Shown piece by piece: positions 55,871 to 64,000 of a stretch of DNA of 64,000 nucleotides (positions are counted from its first letter, which is position 1; each line of letters starts with the position of its first letter). The position numbers and the translations under genes are program-made. Origin of the DNA: a virus. Below the pieces are notes generated by a model. That model was not told where the DNA came from and ran no database searches. It saw only the letters and a list, made by a program, of their open reading frames with translations. The stretch spans positions 32,001 to 96,000 of IMG/VR virus record IMGVR_UViG_3300047160_027173; one strand, written 5' to 3'.

Positions 55871-56083
55871 ATGGCCTGGCTCTACGCGGTTCCCATCCTC
55901 TTCGCCGTAGTCTGGTTGTTCTCCATCGCCTACCACTGGGGCTGGACCAGTCGACAAAAGGACCTCGACCACTGGCACGAGCTAGCCACCAAGCAGGCTC
56001 TGGAAATCATCCGCCTGAAGACCGCCCTCTTCAAGCTCCAGGGCCGGGCTGGCATCCGCCGCCTGAACGAGCCCGAGAACTAG
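55871..56083 (+). CDS. Small membrane protein
   Basis: AAGGAG RBS; one transmembrane segment. Confidence 0.6.
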   Translation: MAWLYAVPILFAVVWLFSIAYHWGWTSRQKDLDHWHELATKQALEIIRLKTALFKLQGRAGIRRLNEPEN

Positions 56084-56127
56084 CCGGGATCATTGACAGT
56101 TGCGCGGGACACCTGACCGTCGTTAGC

Positions 56128-56343
56128 ATGTTAGTCATGAACCTCCCATCCGACACGAAGTTGGTGCTGCTGGCGTTTACCGTCGAAGACCACGAGCTTC
56201 TCTACGACGTGCTTCACAACGCCCTGACCGCTACGAGCTGTGCCGACCGCATCGCCGCCATCAAGATGTTGGAGGAAGTGGTCGAGCGTGCCGAGGCCCG
56301 TGGAGAAGCCTTCCAAGGCGATGCTGTAATCGAACTAGCCTGA
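56128..56343 (+). CDS. Small hypothetical protein
   Basis: ORF fills the intergenic gap. Confidence 0.45.
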   Translation: MLVMNLPSDTKLVLLAFTVEDHELLYDVLHNALTATSCADRIAAIKMLEEVVERAEARGEAFQGDAVIELA

Positions 56344-56439
56344 AAACTAAGTTCGGCGTTAATTGCAGATCTGGGGTGTACTCTGTATAGAAGGTTCGGT
56401 GGCAATTTCGCCATCGAAAACTCAACCGAGGAAACCATC

Positions 56440-57294
56440 ATGCCCACCTTTGCCGGATACCAATTCACCGAAGAGAGCATCCCGCTCGCCTCCATCCTTC
56501 CCTCCGACACCCAGCCCCGCAACCGAGACGACCTCTCGGACCCGAAGCGTCAGGCCCTGCTCCGTAGCATGGCCAAGAACGGTCTCAAGGACCCCATCGA
56601 CGTGGAGCTTCTGCCCAGCGGCATGTACTCCATCATCGAGGGTCACGGCCGCTACACCTGCGCCCTCTTTCTGGAGGGGCCCGACAGCCTCTTCGACTGG
56701 AGCCGCATCCGCGCCAAGGTCTACCGCGTCTCCCCGGAAGAGAGCCCCAGGCTGCGCTCCGTCATCATGGAGGCCGAGGCCGCCAAGAAGAAGATGAACG
56801 GCCAGCAGGCCGCTGAGTTCATCTACCGCAACCGTCTCCTGAAGAACGACGTCAGCGAGGCCGAGGAGGCCAACCCGAAGGCGGCCCGCCTCGTGGACTT
56901 CCTCCTGGACCCGAAGCGGTTCACCGAGCAGCAGGCCGAACGGCTGCTGATCAAGCTCCAGGCCAGCCCCGAGACCCTGTCCGTGGCCAGCATGCACGTC
57001 CGTCGCCGGCTGGGATTCGGAGAGCGTGGCGTGTTGCCCGAGAGCCCGGAAGCCCAGGGACTGCTCCGACGCACCTTCGTCTGGCTGGCCGAGTACGGCA
57101 TGGTCGGTCCCGTCAAGGAACACTACAGCAACAGCGAAAGCGGCTGGCGCAAGGTCCAGGAGTCCATCGACAACGACAAGCCCATGGCCCGGAGCCGAAA
57201 GGCCAAGGAAATCGAGGCCCGGAGGGCTGAGCGCGAGGCCCGCCGGCTGGACGACATCCTCGACACCGATGACGACACGGCGGCGTTGAATTAG
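56440..57294 (+). CDS. ParB/Srx N-terminal domain protein
   Basis: 'QPR......L..SM..NGL.DPI.V......Y.IIEGHGRY'. GAGG RBS. Confidence 0.8.
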   Translation: MPTFAGYQFTEESIPLASILPSDTQPRNRDDLSDPKRQALLRSMAKNGLKDPIDVELLPSGMYSIIEGHGRYTCALFLEGPDSLFDWSRIRAKVYRVSPEESPRLRSVIMEAEAAKKKMNGQQAAEFIYRNRLLKNDVSEAEEANPKAARLVDFLLDPKRFTEQQAERLLIKLQASPETLSVASMHVRRRLGFGERGVLPESPEAQGLLRRTFVWLAEYGMVGPVKEHYSNSESGWRKVQESIDNDKPMARSRKAKEIEARRAEREARRLDDILDTDDDTAALN

Positions 57295-57363
57295 CGTCGG
57301 GTCGCTGTTAGAGGCACCCCATGGGCGGCCGGATTCCCCGGCCGCCCCAACAAGGAAGAAGTC

Positions 57364-57717
57364 ATGAAGAAGCTGCTCGCCGCCCTGTTCCTGATGTCTG
57401 GCTGTGCCACCACCTACAGCGCCGGAGGCCATGTCACCGATGGCTGCGACGCCACGACCGACTCCCGGGCCCCCGGGTACTCGATCTACGTCTGCCATCG
57501 TCCGTTCCCGTCCCAGTGGGCGGCCTACAACGGCAAGGACAAGTCCCAGGCCACCCGTGAGGCCAGCTCCGCCAAGGGGCCGTTCATCCCCGCCGGCTGG
57601 ACCGATGGCTTCACCGACCGCGCTCACCAGGAGATCTTCGTCTACGACGTCTTCCTGCCGGAGAACTTCGAGCACGAGCTTCGCCACGTCCGCGGCGAGA
57701 TCCGGGACAGCGAGTGA
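57364..57717 (+). CDS. Lipoprotein with C-terminal HExxH motif
   Basis: Signal MKKLLAALFLMSG|C; 'EHELRH'. Confidence 0.7.
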   Translation: MKKLLAALFLMSGCATTYSAGGHVTDGCDATTDSRAPGYSIYVCHRPFPSQWAAYNGKDKSQATREASSAKGPFIPAGWTDGFTDRAHQEIFVYDVFLPENFEHELRHVRGEIRDSE

Positions 57718-58322
57718 GCCTGGCTTCCTGGTGGAAGTACGGTCGTCGGACCGGAACCAGCGTGAACGGGCAACAGGACTACCCTGAGCCCGTTCACAGC
57801 TTCCTGGAGACAGTCCTCAAGCGCCTGTTCAAGTACTACGACATCGTCGGCAAGGACGAGGGCGGCGGGAACGCCCTCTACCTGCGCCGGTTCATCCTCC
57901 GCTGGGGGAACGGTCAGAAGGGCCACATCTTCCTCCATCACATCTACCGCTCGGACAGCGACCGCTATCCTCACTCGCATCCGTGGGCATTCAAAACCCT
58001 GGTGCTGAGCGGCGGCTACACCGACGAGTCCTACGACGTCCACTGGACTCTGGGGCCTCCGACCCGGGACGCCGTCGACAAGGCCCAGGTCTACCGGTGG
58101 CCAGTCGTTCGCAGCAGCGAGCCCCGCCGCACCCAGGCCATCCCCGGGCACCTGTACTACCGTCCCCGGACCCACGTGCACCTGCTCAAGCTCCCGGAGG
58201 GGGAAACGGCCTGGACCCTGGTTAAGACCTCGGGACGCGTTCAGCCCTGGGGCTTCCTCACGGAGAAGCAATGGGTGTACTGGCGCGAATACCTCAACGA
58301 TTGGACCTCGGAGCCCGGATAA
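57714..58322 (+). CDS. Cupin-like protein
   Basis: 'YLRRF...IFLHHI..SD...PHSHPW......GGY.DE...WGF'. Confidence 0.75.
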   Translation: MSLASWWKYGRRTGTSVNGQQDYPEPVHSFLETVLKRLFKYYDIVGKDEGGGNALYLRRFILRWGNGQKGHIFLHHIYRSDSDRYPHSHPWAFKTLVLSGGYTDESYDVHWTLGPPTRDAVDKAQVYRWPVVRSSEPRRTQAIPGHLYYRPRTHVHLLKLPEGETAWTLVKTSGRVQPWGFLTEKQWVYWREYLNDWTSEPG

Positions 58323-59019
58323 TGAGCGTTCTCAAACACAAGATGTGGCGGTCGCTGAAGCCCTTCATCGTCCTGGAGCCCGACGGGACCCGGAACCGGA
58401 TCGAGTTCGCTCCGATGCCGACCAGCCTCCGGCGGTCTGCGCTGCGGTGCTCGATGAAGTGCGTGGCCTGCGGCCGGCGGATTCGATTCGTCCGATCCCG
58501 CACTCCTGGTGGCCGAAAGCCGAGCCACAACCTTTACTTCGCCCCGACCTGTCCGCTCAACGTTCGCATCGGCTGCAGCCGAGGCACGGCTGCCAGAAAC
58601 GAGTACAAGGCCGTGGCCTGGGCCGTGAACTGGCAGCCATGAGTCTGCAGGAAGTCCTCGACCAGCTCCGGGAGTTCAACTACCTCGGGGCCCGGATTGA
58701 GATCGAGCGCCCACTGGCCAAGGACTACGACTCCAGCTGGAAGCGTCTGTTCCGCTACGGCGACCAAAACTGCCACATCGCCTTCAAGTACTGGGTGGTC
58801 ATCGACGACGGCCGCGGTCAGACCTGCGAGCAGCAGGCCGTGATTCTGGAGGAGTTGATTCCCAGGGCCCATCGCCTGGGCGTGGACCGCCAGCTGCGGA
58901 AGATCGTCGACGACCTCCGCATCGAGCGTAAGATGCGAGCCTACTGGGATCTGACCGAGCGCTTCTCGCAGCTGGTCCTGCACTACACCGCAGACGACGC
59001 CTTCGAGAGCGAGTCTTAG
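58322..59019 (+). CDS. Two hypothetical genes (58322-58642, Cys-containing; 58639-59019)
   Basis: TAATG/ATGA coupled overlaps. Confidence 0.6.
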
Positions 59020-60290
59020 TCTACGCCAGTCGTGCCCTGGCCGTAGCTGCCGACGCCACTGTCGTAGTTGCCGGTGCCGTCCGAGCTGGCACGCTTCTGG
59101 GGGTGCTCGCTCTTCTTGACCGCGGATCCCACGCCGGGGCACGGGTGACGGCCAGCGCCGGGGGCCTGGTAGGTGTGCATGGGGAACTTCTCGCCCGGAG
59201 CCAGCTTGAAGTTGGCCTCGCAGTGCTCGCAGGTCTCGTACTTGGCCTTGGGCTTCGGCTCTTCCTTCTGCACGTCGTGACTATGGGCGCCTTCACCGGC
59301 GTCAGGACGATTGTTGGCCGGAGCCTCGGGGGTCTGGGGCTTGGCCTGGTCCTGGCCGCTGAAGCCGTGGTCCATGGTCTCGACCTTGCGGACGCTAGGA
59401 ACCGGGTAGCCCTGGGTGAGGAAGTGGCGGGCCAGGCCGTCGCTGACGTGGCCGAGGTCTTCGCTGTTGTCCAGGGCCCTGCCGCCGTGCTCCAGCAGGC
59501 CTTCCTGAACGACGGCCTGGGGAATCCGGAAGCGCTTGCTGAGGCCGTCGCTGACGGCACCGAAGTCACCGGCGTTGTCCAGAGCCCGGCCGCCGTGATT
59601 GTTGGCCAGGTGGTGGCGGATCTCCGCGGACCAGTTCTGGTAGGCGGGCGGCTTGCCACCCTTGAGGCTGGCGTACTTGGCACCGGTCCTCTGCATCTCG
59701 GCCATGATGGCCTTGGGGTCCTTGCTGGCGATACCGGCCATGGTGTCGCCCATGGACTGGGGCTTCTGGAAGGGGCGGCTGGCGGCAGCGATACGGCTGA
59801 CGTCGGCATCAGCGCCGAGGTCCTTGCCGGGAGCTACGCGCTCGCTGGGGAACCTGAGCAGGTCACCCTTGGCCAGCTCGGCCTTGGCGACGGCGTCCTG
59901 GTGGTCGTGGACGAGGAGGCCGTCACCCTTGTGGGCGCGGAACTTGTAGTGCTTCTGGGCGTTGGCGTCCAGGCGGCTGCTGACGGCGGAGTCGATGCCC
60001 GCCATGGGGTCCTTGCCAGCAGCGCGGGTGTGGAGATCGTACATGACGCCGTGCTTGTGGGCGGCCTCGTGGTCACCGACGGCCAGGGCGGCCTTCATGC
60101 CGGCGAAGTGGTGGGCGCGGGCGTCCTCGTGGTGGCCCTGGCGGTACTCGCGATAGGCGCGCTCCTCGGCGGCGCCACGCTCCAGACCGTCCCGGAACTC
60201 CTTGACGGCGGCGTTGTTCTCCAGGACCTGTCCGTCCTGAGCGTTGAGGAGCTTGCGGCCCTTCCAGAGATCGTTGTGCTTGTCAGCCAT
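59016..60290 (-). CDS. Probable internal head protein with K-[AGS] motifs and an internal duplication
   Basis: VAKAE, LAKGD, VKKSE motifs; HGGRALDN repeat x2; C-terminal CxxC...H...C. Confidence 0.6.
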   Translation of the reverse strand: MADKHNDLWKGRKLLNAQDGQVLENNAAVKEFRDGLERGAAEERAYREYRQGHHEDARAHHFAGMKAALAVGDHEAAHKHGVMYDLHTRAAGKDPMAGIDSAVSSRLDANAQKHYKFRAHKGDGLLVHDHQDAVAKAELAKGDLLRFPSERVAPGKDLGADADVSRIAAASRPFQKPQSMGDTMAGIASKDPKAIMAEMQRTGAKYASLKGGKPPAYQNWSAEIRHHLANNHGGRALDNAGDFGAVSDGLSKRFRIPQAVVQEGLLEHGGRALDNSEDLGHVSDGLARHFLTQGYPVPSVRKVETMDHGFSGQDQAKPQTPEAPANNRPDAGEGAHSHDVQKEEPKPKAKYETCEHCEANFKLAPGEKFPMHTYQAPGAGRHPCPGVGSAVKKSEHPQKRASSDGTGNYDSGVGSYGQGTTGVD

Positions 60291-61572
60291 GGAGGGCATC
60301 CCTCTTAAAGTTCAAGATTAGAGCCCGGGCCTCGTCGGGGTCGATGTCGTCGGCGAAGTCCAGGACGAAGCCGTCCCGGTAGGCACTGGTGGTGATGGAC
60401 TTGGCCAGACTGGCGAAGCACATGCAGCCCCGGAACCTCGTGCCCTGGAACTGACGGCCGCCGCAGCGCTTGCACGCCACCTGGGCCTCGGACTTGTTCA
60501 GACCCAGGCTCGGCAGGCGACGCTTCTGCTGCTTCTTGGACTGGAAGCCCATCGGGCCACGGGGGCCTTCCGGAGCCTGAGGCGGGGCTGGCTGGCCCGG
60601 GCCTTCCTGGCCACCGGCCTTGTCCATGCTCTGCTCGCCCTTGCCGAAGGGACGGTTGGGCTGGGCCCAGAGAGCTGAGCCCTCGTCGGTCTGGATGCTG
60701 CCGGGGTTGATCTTCTTGCCCAGGACTCGCTCGGCGTGCTGGTACATGGCCGTGGCCAGACCCCGCCTGCGGTGGTCCTCGTCGACGACGACGTAGCCCG
60801 GCTTGAGGACGTTGCCGGTGTTGGCGCCGTGGATGAGCTTGGCGATGCCGACCTGCTGGCCGTTGGGGCCGTGCGCGGTGACGGTCAGGCTGCTCAGGCC
60901 GGGAGCGTCGTGCTGCTCATGACTGATGCGGTAGCCAGCGCCTGGGTCCAGCTCCTTCTTCGAGAGGTCCTTGCGGAAGCTGCCGCCCCACATGGTCTGT
61001 TGCCGGTCGGCGTGGTCGGCAGCGTCACGGAGTCGACCGAAACCTGCCTTGACCACGCCCCCTGACTTGGCGACGACCGCGTAGCCATCTTCAGACTTCT
61101 CCACGCGGTAGTGGCCGTGCTCAGACACGACCTGGGGGCCCAGCCGTGACTTGCGAAGCTCCTGGACCTCGATCTGGGTCCGGAGCAGAGAATCGACGTG
61201 CTTGCCGAGGACCGATACGACCTGGTCTCGGAGCCTGGCGTCGGCGGCCTGAACCTGCAGGCCGAGGGCCGTGGCCACGGTGGCCGCCATCTGGCTCAGG
61301 CTGCTGCCGTGGAAGTCCAGGAGGCCGTCGACGTCGGGTAGACTCACGGAGCCCGTGAAGGTGTCCTGCTCGGTCTTCTTGAAGACGAGGTAGCTGTTGT
61401 CGCAGCCCGGAATCGAGCCCTCGAACTGCTCCTGCATGGACAGCCATCCCAGGATAGCCCTGGGTAGAAGGATGGGCTCCAGGAACTCGTCCCGCCGGCA
61501 AGCCTTGCGGAGCGCATCTGCGCCCTGCTGCCCGAGGGTGATCGTCAAGAAGTCTGGAGCCTGGTGCGCCAT
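60283..61572 (-). CDS. Polyvalent virion protein with central GNAT acetyltransferase domain
   Basis: 'VVVDEDHRRRGLATAMY' acetyl-CoA motif and 'QTDEGSALW'. Late motif upstream. Confidence 0.75.
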   Translation of the reverse strand: MAHQAPDFLTITLGQQGADALRKACRRDEFLEPILLPRAILGWLSMQEQFEGSIPGCDNSYLVFKKTEQDTFTGSVSLPDVDGLLDFHGSSLSQMAATVATALGLQVQAADARLRDQVVSVLGKHVDSLLRTQIEVQELRKSRLGPQVVSEHGHYRVEKSEDGYAVVAKSGGVVKAGFGRLRDAADHADRQQTMWGGSFRKDLSKKELDPGAGYRISHEQHDAPGLSSLTVTAHGPNGQQVGIAKLIHGANTGNVLKPGYVVVDEDHRRRGLATAMYQHAERVLGKKINPGSIQTDEGSALWAQPNRPFGKGEQSMDKAGGQEGPGQPAPPQAPEGPRGPMGFQSKKQQKRRLPSLGLNKSEAQVACKRCGGRQFQGTRFRGCMCFASLAKSITTSAYRDGFVLDFADDIDPDEARALILNFKRDALHG

Positions 61573-61578
61573 CGGGTC

Positions 61579-61929
61579 CTAGATTGACCTGGGGAGGACG
61601 CTTTCCGGCACCGGCCAGTCAGTGAACAGCTCGTGGGCGATGGCGTCCTGCTCCATGGGGATCTTGTCGTGGCTGAAACCGTGCGTGACGGCCTGCCAGA
61701 GGTACTTGCAGTAGAACTTGAGCGCGCCCCAGAGGCCTCCGCCCATGTCCAACCACTGCCGGACGTGCTGGGCCTCGTGCCTGCGGACGAAGCTGTAGCC
61801 GTAGGGGAAGCCAGCCGCGGGCGGCTTCAGCTCATCCTTCGACCAACGGTAGAAGATGCCGAACGGGGGCAGGGTGATGGCACCCATGCCGATGACCTTC
61901 GGGACCCAACTGCTGAAGTGCTCTTTCAT
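61579..61929 (-). CDS. Small HExxH zincin-like protein
   Basis: 'GAITLPPFGI...RHEAQHVRQW...PMEQDA'. Confidence 0.7.
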   Translation of the reverse strand: MKEHFSSWVPKVIGMGAITLPPFGIFYRWSKDELKPPAAGFPYGYSFVRRHEAQHVRQWLDMGGGLWGALKFYCKYLWQAVTHGFSHDKIPMEQDAIAHELFTDWPVPESVLPRSI

Positions 61930-61932
61930 GCC

Positions 61933-62823
61933 TTACCTCGGTTCAAAGCTCGGGGCCTGCGGTGCGAAGTTCTGGCGCAGGGTCTCGGCGGGAGCCGTGC
62001 CACCGCCACGACGGATCTCGTCGGCGCTGCTGTGGTCAGGGCCGAGGTTCTGGCTGTCGAGGAAGAGGTACTCGCGGTTGAGGATGCACTGCTGGGGGCC
62101 GCGGACCAGTTCCCGCTGATCGTCGAGGGGCTCCTGGCTGACGCGGATCTCGTGCTGGTAGCGGGCGATGTACCAGAAGGGCCGGTACCGGTAGCGGACG
62201 CTGATGACGGCCTTGCCGCTACCCTCGTCAGGAACAGGCTGCCGGTCCGGCCTCCAGACGATCTGACCGTTGCTGTCCAGGTCAAAGTCCTGACCGCAGA
62301 CATAGCTGACGCCGCGGAAGTCGATGAGGCGGTCGACGAAGACGGCCGGGAAGGCCAGACGGTCCTTGCCGTTGCCGCTGATGACGTGGGTCTGCCAGGT
62401 CGGGACGACGATGCTCTTCTCCGCCAGGTAGAAGCGGTCGAAGGGTGCGCCGTAGAACTGACGGTCGTCGGCCTTGCAGCTGTTCGGGTCGTAGTAGCGG
62501 GGAAAGGTCGCGAAGCAGCTGGCGCCGTTCACGTAGCCGATGTCCTCCAGCTTCTGGTTTTTGCTGTTGCCACTCATCCAACCGGTGATGGTGCCGCGGT
62601 AAGTGAAGAGGAAGCCGTTAGAGCAGCCGCTGTGATCGTGGGTCGGGCGCCTGTTGTCGTTGGTGTCGACCATGCCGACTGGACACCTAAGAGATTCGTA
62701 GTGTTCGAGCTTTACGCCCTGGGAGTGGATGAACGCATCGAAGGCCTCGTTGTCGAACGAGAGCGCCGAGTGCGGCATCTGGGTGATGATGGTCTCGTCT
62801 GAATCCCAGGCGCGATCAGCCAT
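61933..62823 (-). CDS. Probable neck/head-tail adaptor protein
   Basis: 'FDAFIHSQG......LRCP...C.NGF', 'SVRYRYRP'. Structural context. Confidence 0.6.
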   Translation of the reverse strand: MADRAWDSDETIITQMPHSALSFDNEAFDAFIHSQGVKLEHYESLRCPVGMVDTNDNRRPTHDHSGCSNGFLFTYRGTITGWMSGNSKNQKLEDIGYVNGASCFATFPRYYDPNSCKADDRQFYGAPFDRFYLAEKSIVVPTWQTHVISGNGKDRLAFPAVFVDRLIDFRGVSYVCGQDFDLDSNGQIVWRPDRQPVPDEGSGKAVISVRYRYRPFWYIARYQHEIRVSQEPLDDQRELVRGPQQCILNREYLFLDSQNLGPDHSSADEIRRGGGTAPAETLRQNFAPQAPSFEPR

Positions 62824-62826
62824 GGC

Positions 62827-63138
62827 TTACCCCTGGCTTTCGAGGGCTCGGGCTCGGGCGGTCAGCTCTTCGGCGGCGGGGATCATGTCCTGGTACAGGC
62901 GAATGTCCCAGTGCTCGGACTTGCTCAGCTCGGTCCAGACCACGTCGGGCTCGTACCTTTGGGCCATGTGCTTGGCGACGGCAACGTGATGAGCCATGCC
63001 CAGCGTCTCGTGGCCCATGCCCTTGGCGGCGGCGATGATGTGCAGGCCACCCTTGAGGCGGACGTGCATCACCGGCCGACCCTTCAGGGTGCCGAGCTTG
63101 CGGGGCTGTCCCTCGACTTCCTTTCGATCAATCTGCAT
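62827..63138 (-). CDS. Small virion-associated hypothetical protein
   Basis: Late motif upstream; LSKSE motif. Confidence 0.6.
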   Translation of the reverse strand: MQIDRKEVEGQPRKLGTLKGRPVMHVRLKGGLHIIAAAKGMGHETLGMAHHVAVAKHMAQRYEPDVVWTELSKSEHWDIRLYQDMIPAAEELTARARALESQG

Positions 63139-63175
63139 CGTGGCCTAGATTGCCCCCAGCCGTTATCTACAGTTC

Positions 63176-63490
63176 ATGGCCGAACGGAGTCCAGCAGACA
63201 AACGCCTGGAGGACTTCCTCAACGCGAAGTCCATCGCCTGGCTCCGTAGCCGGGAGCACGGCGGCAAGGAGCGGGTGCTGTTCGGCTGCTTCTGCCCGGA
63301 CATGGACATCGACGGCCCCTTCCTGACGATCAGCACGAACCGGGACGGGACCCTGCGTCTGCTCAAGCACGGCCTGGGCGGCTACAAGCGGGACTCGTAC
63401 TGGAACCATCACTGGGCGAAGGCCACCTTCAGGGACGCCGAGATGGGCATCCTCTGGGCCTGCCTGCGGTCGATGGGGTACTCGATTTAG
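63176..63490 (+). CDS. Hypothetical protein
   Basis: 104-aa ORF with typical codon usage. Confidence 0.55.
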   Translation: MAERSPADKRLEDFLNAKSIAWLRSREHGGKERVLFGCFCPDMDIDGPFLTISTNRDGTLRLLKHGLGGYKRDSYWNHHWAKATFRDAEMGILWACLRSMGYSI

Positions 63491-64000
63491 CGCGACACCA
63501 AACGGCGAGCCCAGGCCAGGAACTCCTCCACCGTCATCGACGCTTTCGCGTTGTTGCAAGTCCGACAGGCCGGGACGCAGTTCTCCGGCGTGTATCCCTT
63601 CAGCGAATCCTGACGGTCGATACCGTTGTGGCGAATCTGGTCACGGTGCTTGATGGCCAGCATGCTGTCTGCAACGCCGCAGTAGTGACACGGCGACATG
63701 ATCAGCTTCTTGAAGAGAGCCAGAGAGATCTTCCACGCCAACCCGCGCTTGCGTGCATTCGCTCGGTAGGAGCCCAGAACCTGGTTGGTGGCAGCCGTGC
63801 CTGCGGGCTTGCTCATCCGGGCTCGCGTCAGCTCGGACTTGAGACAGCCGCAGCTGTTGGAGTTCTTCAGGTTCGAGACCTGCACCCGACGCTCAGTGCC
63901 GCAGTCACAGCGACAGCTCCAGGTGTAGATGACCCAACCGCCCGGAGTGGTTTCGCTCTGTCGAGCGCCTAGAACAGTCCAACGCCCGAAGCGCTGTCCG
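63487..64000 (-). CDS. HNH homing endonuclease (5' end beyond the window)
   Basis: 'GQRFGRWTVL...WSCRCDCG...SCGC', 'CHYCG...NGIDRQDS.KGY..ENCVPAC..CN.AK'. Confidence 0.85.
   Translation of the reverse strand, partial: GQRFGRWTVLGARQSETTPGGWVIYTWSCRCDCGTERRVQVSNLKNSNSCGCLKSELTRARMSKPAGTAATNQVLGSYRANARKRGLAWKISLALFKKLIMSPCHYCGVADSMLAIKHRDQIRHNGIDRQDSLKGYTPENCVPACRTCNNAKASMTVEEFLAWARRLVSR

Noticed and set aside
56093-56129. TTGACA promoter
   Set aside because: No -10 element at 16-18 nt spacing. The nearest TAGCAT is about 25 nt away.
1-64000. Stop-codon reassignment
   Set aside because: Genes are intact in code 11 and end in TAA, TAG and TGA. No clear suppressor tRNA.

Overview
A 64-kb, GC-rich segment of a large contractile-tailed (myovirus-type, probably jumbo) phage genome. 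The host cannot be determined from the sequence. The minus strand carries the virion module: a >1,900-aa tail fibre/spike running off the left edge, baseplate, tape-measure-like protein, chaperones, tube, sheath, neck proteins, GH19 endolysin and holin. Many of these genes are preceded by a recurring CAATCTA motif, a probable late promoter. Two plus-strand blocks (about 23.3-28.9 kb and 51.8-59.0 kb) hold early/accessory genes: AAA ATPase, HD protein, dNMP kinase, HAD nucleotidase and a ParB-like protein. A dense array of about 37 tRNA genes covering all 20 amino acids lies at 43.2-47.1 kb. Most striking observations: (1) a trp-like attenuator in front of the ykuK-like gene and tRNA array, whose 43-45-codon leader peptide contains all 20 amino acids, a candidate general tRNA-depletion sensor; (2) predicted capsid-packaged, protease-processed polyvalent proteins carrying mCpol-, SAM-lyase-, ADP-ribosyltransferase-, GNAT-, papain- and zincin-like domains; (3) a circularly permuted (YrlA-like) tRNA and other structured RNAs in and next to the array; (4) two endonuclease genes that use U8-A9-G10 of the next tRNA as their stop codon. 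All calls were made by eye from motifs and gene order with no database searches, and RNA coordinates may be off by a few nt.
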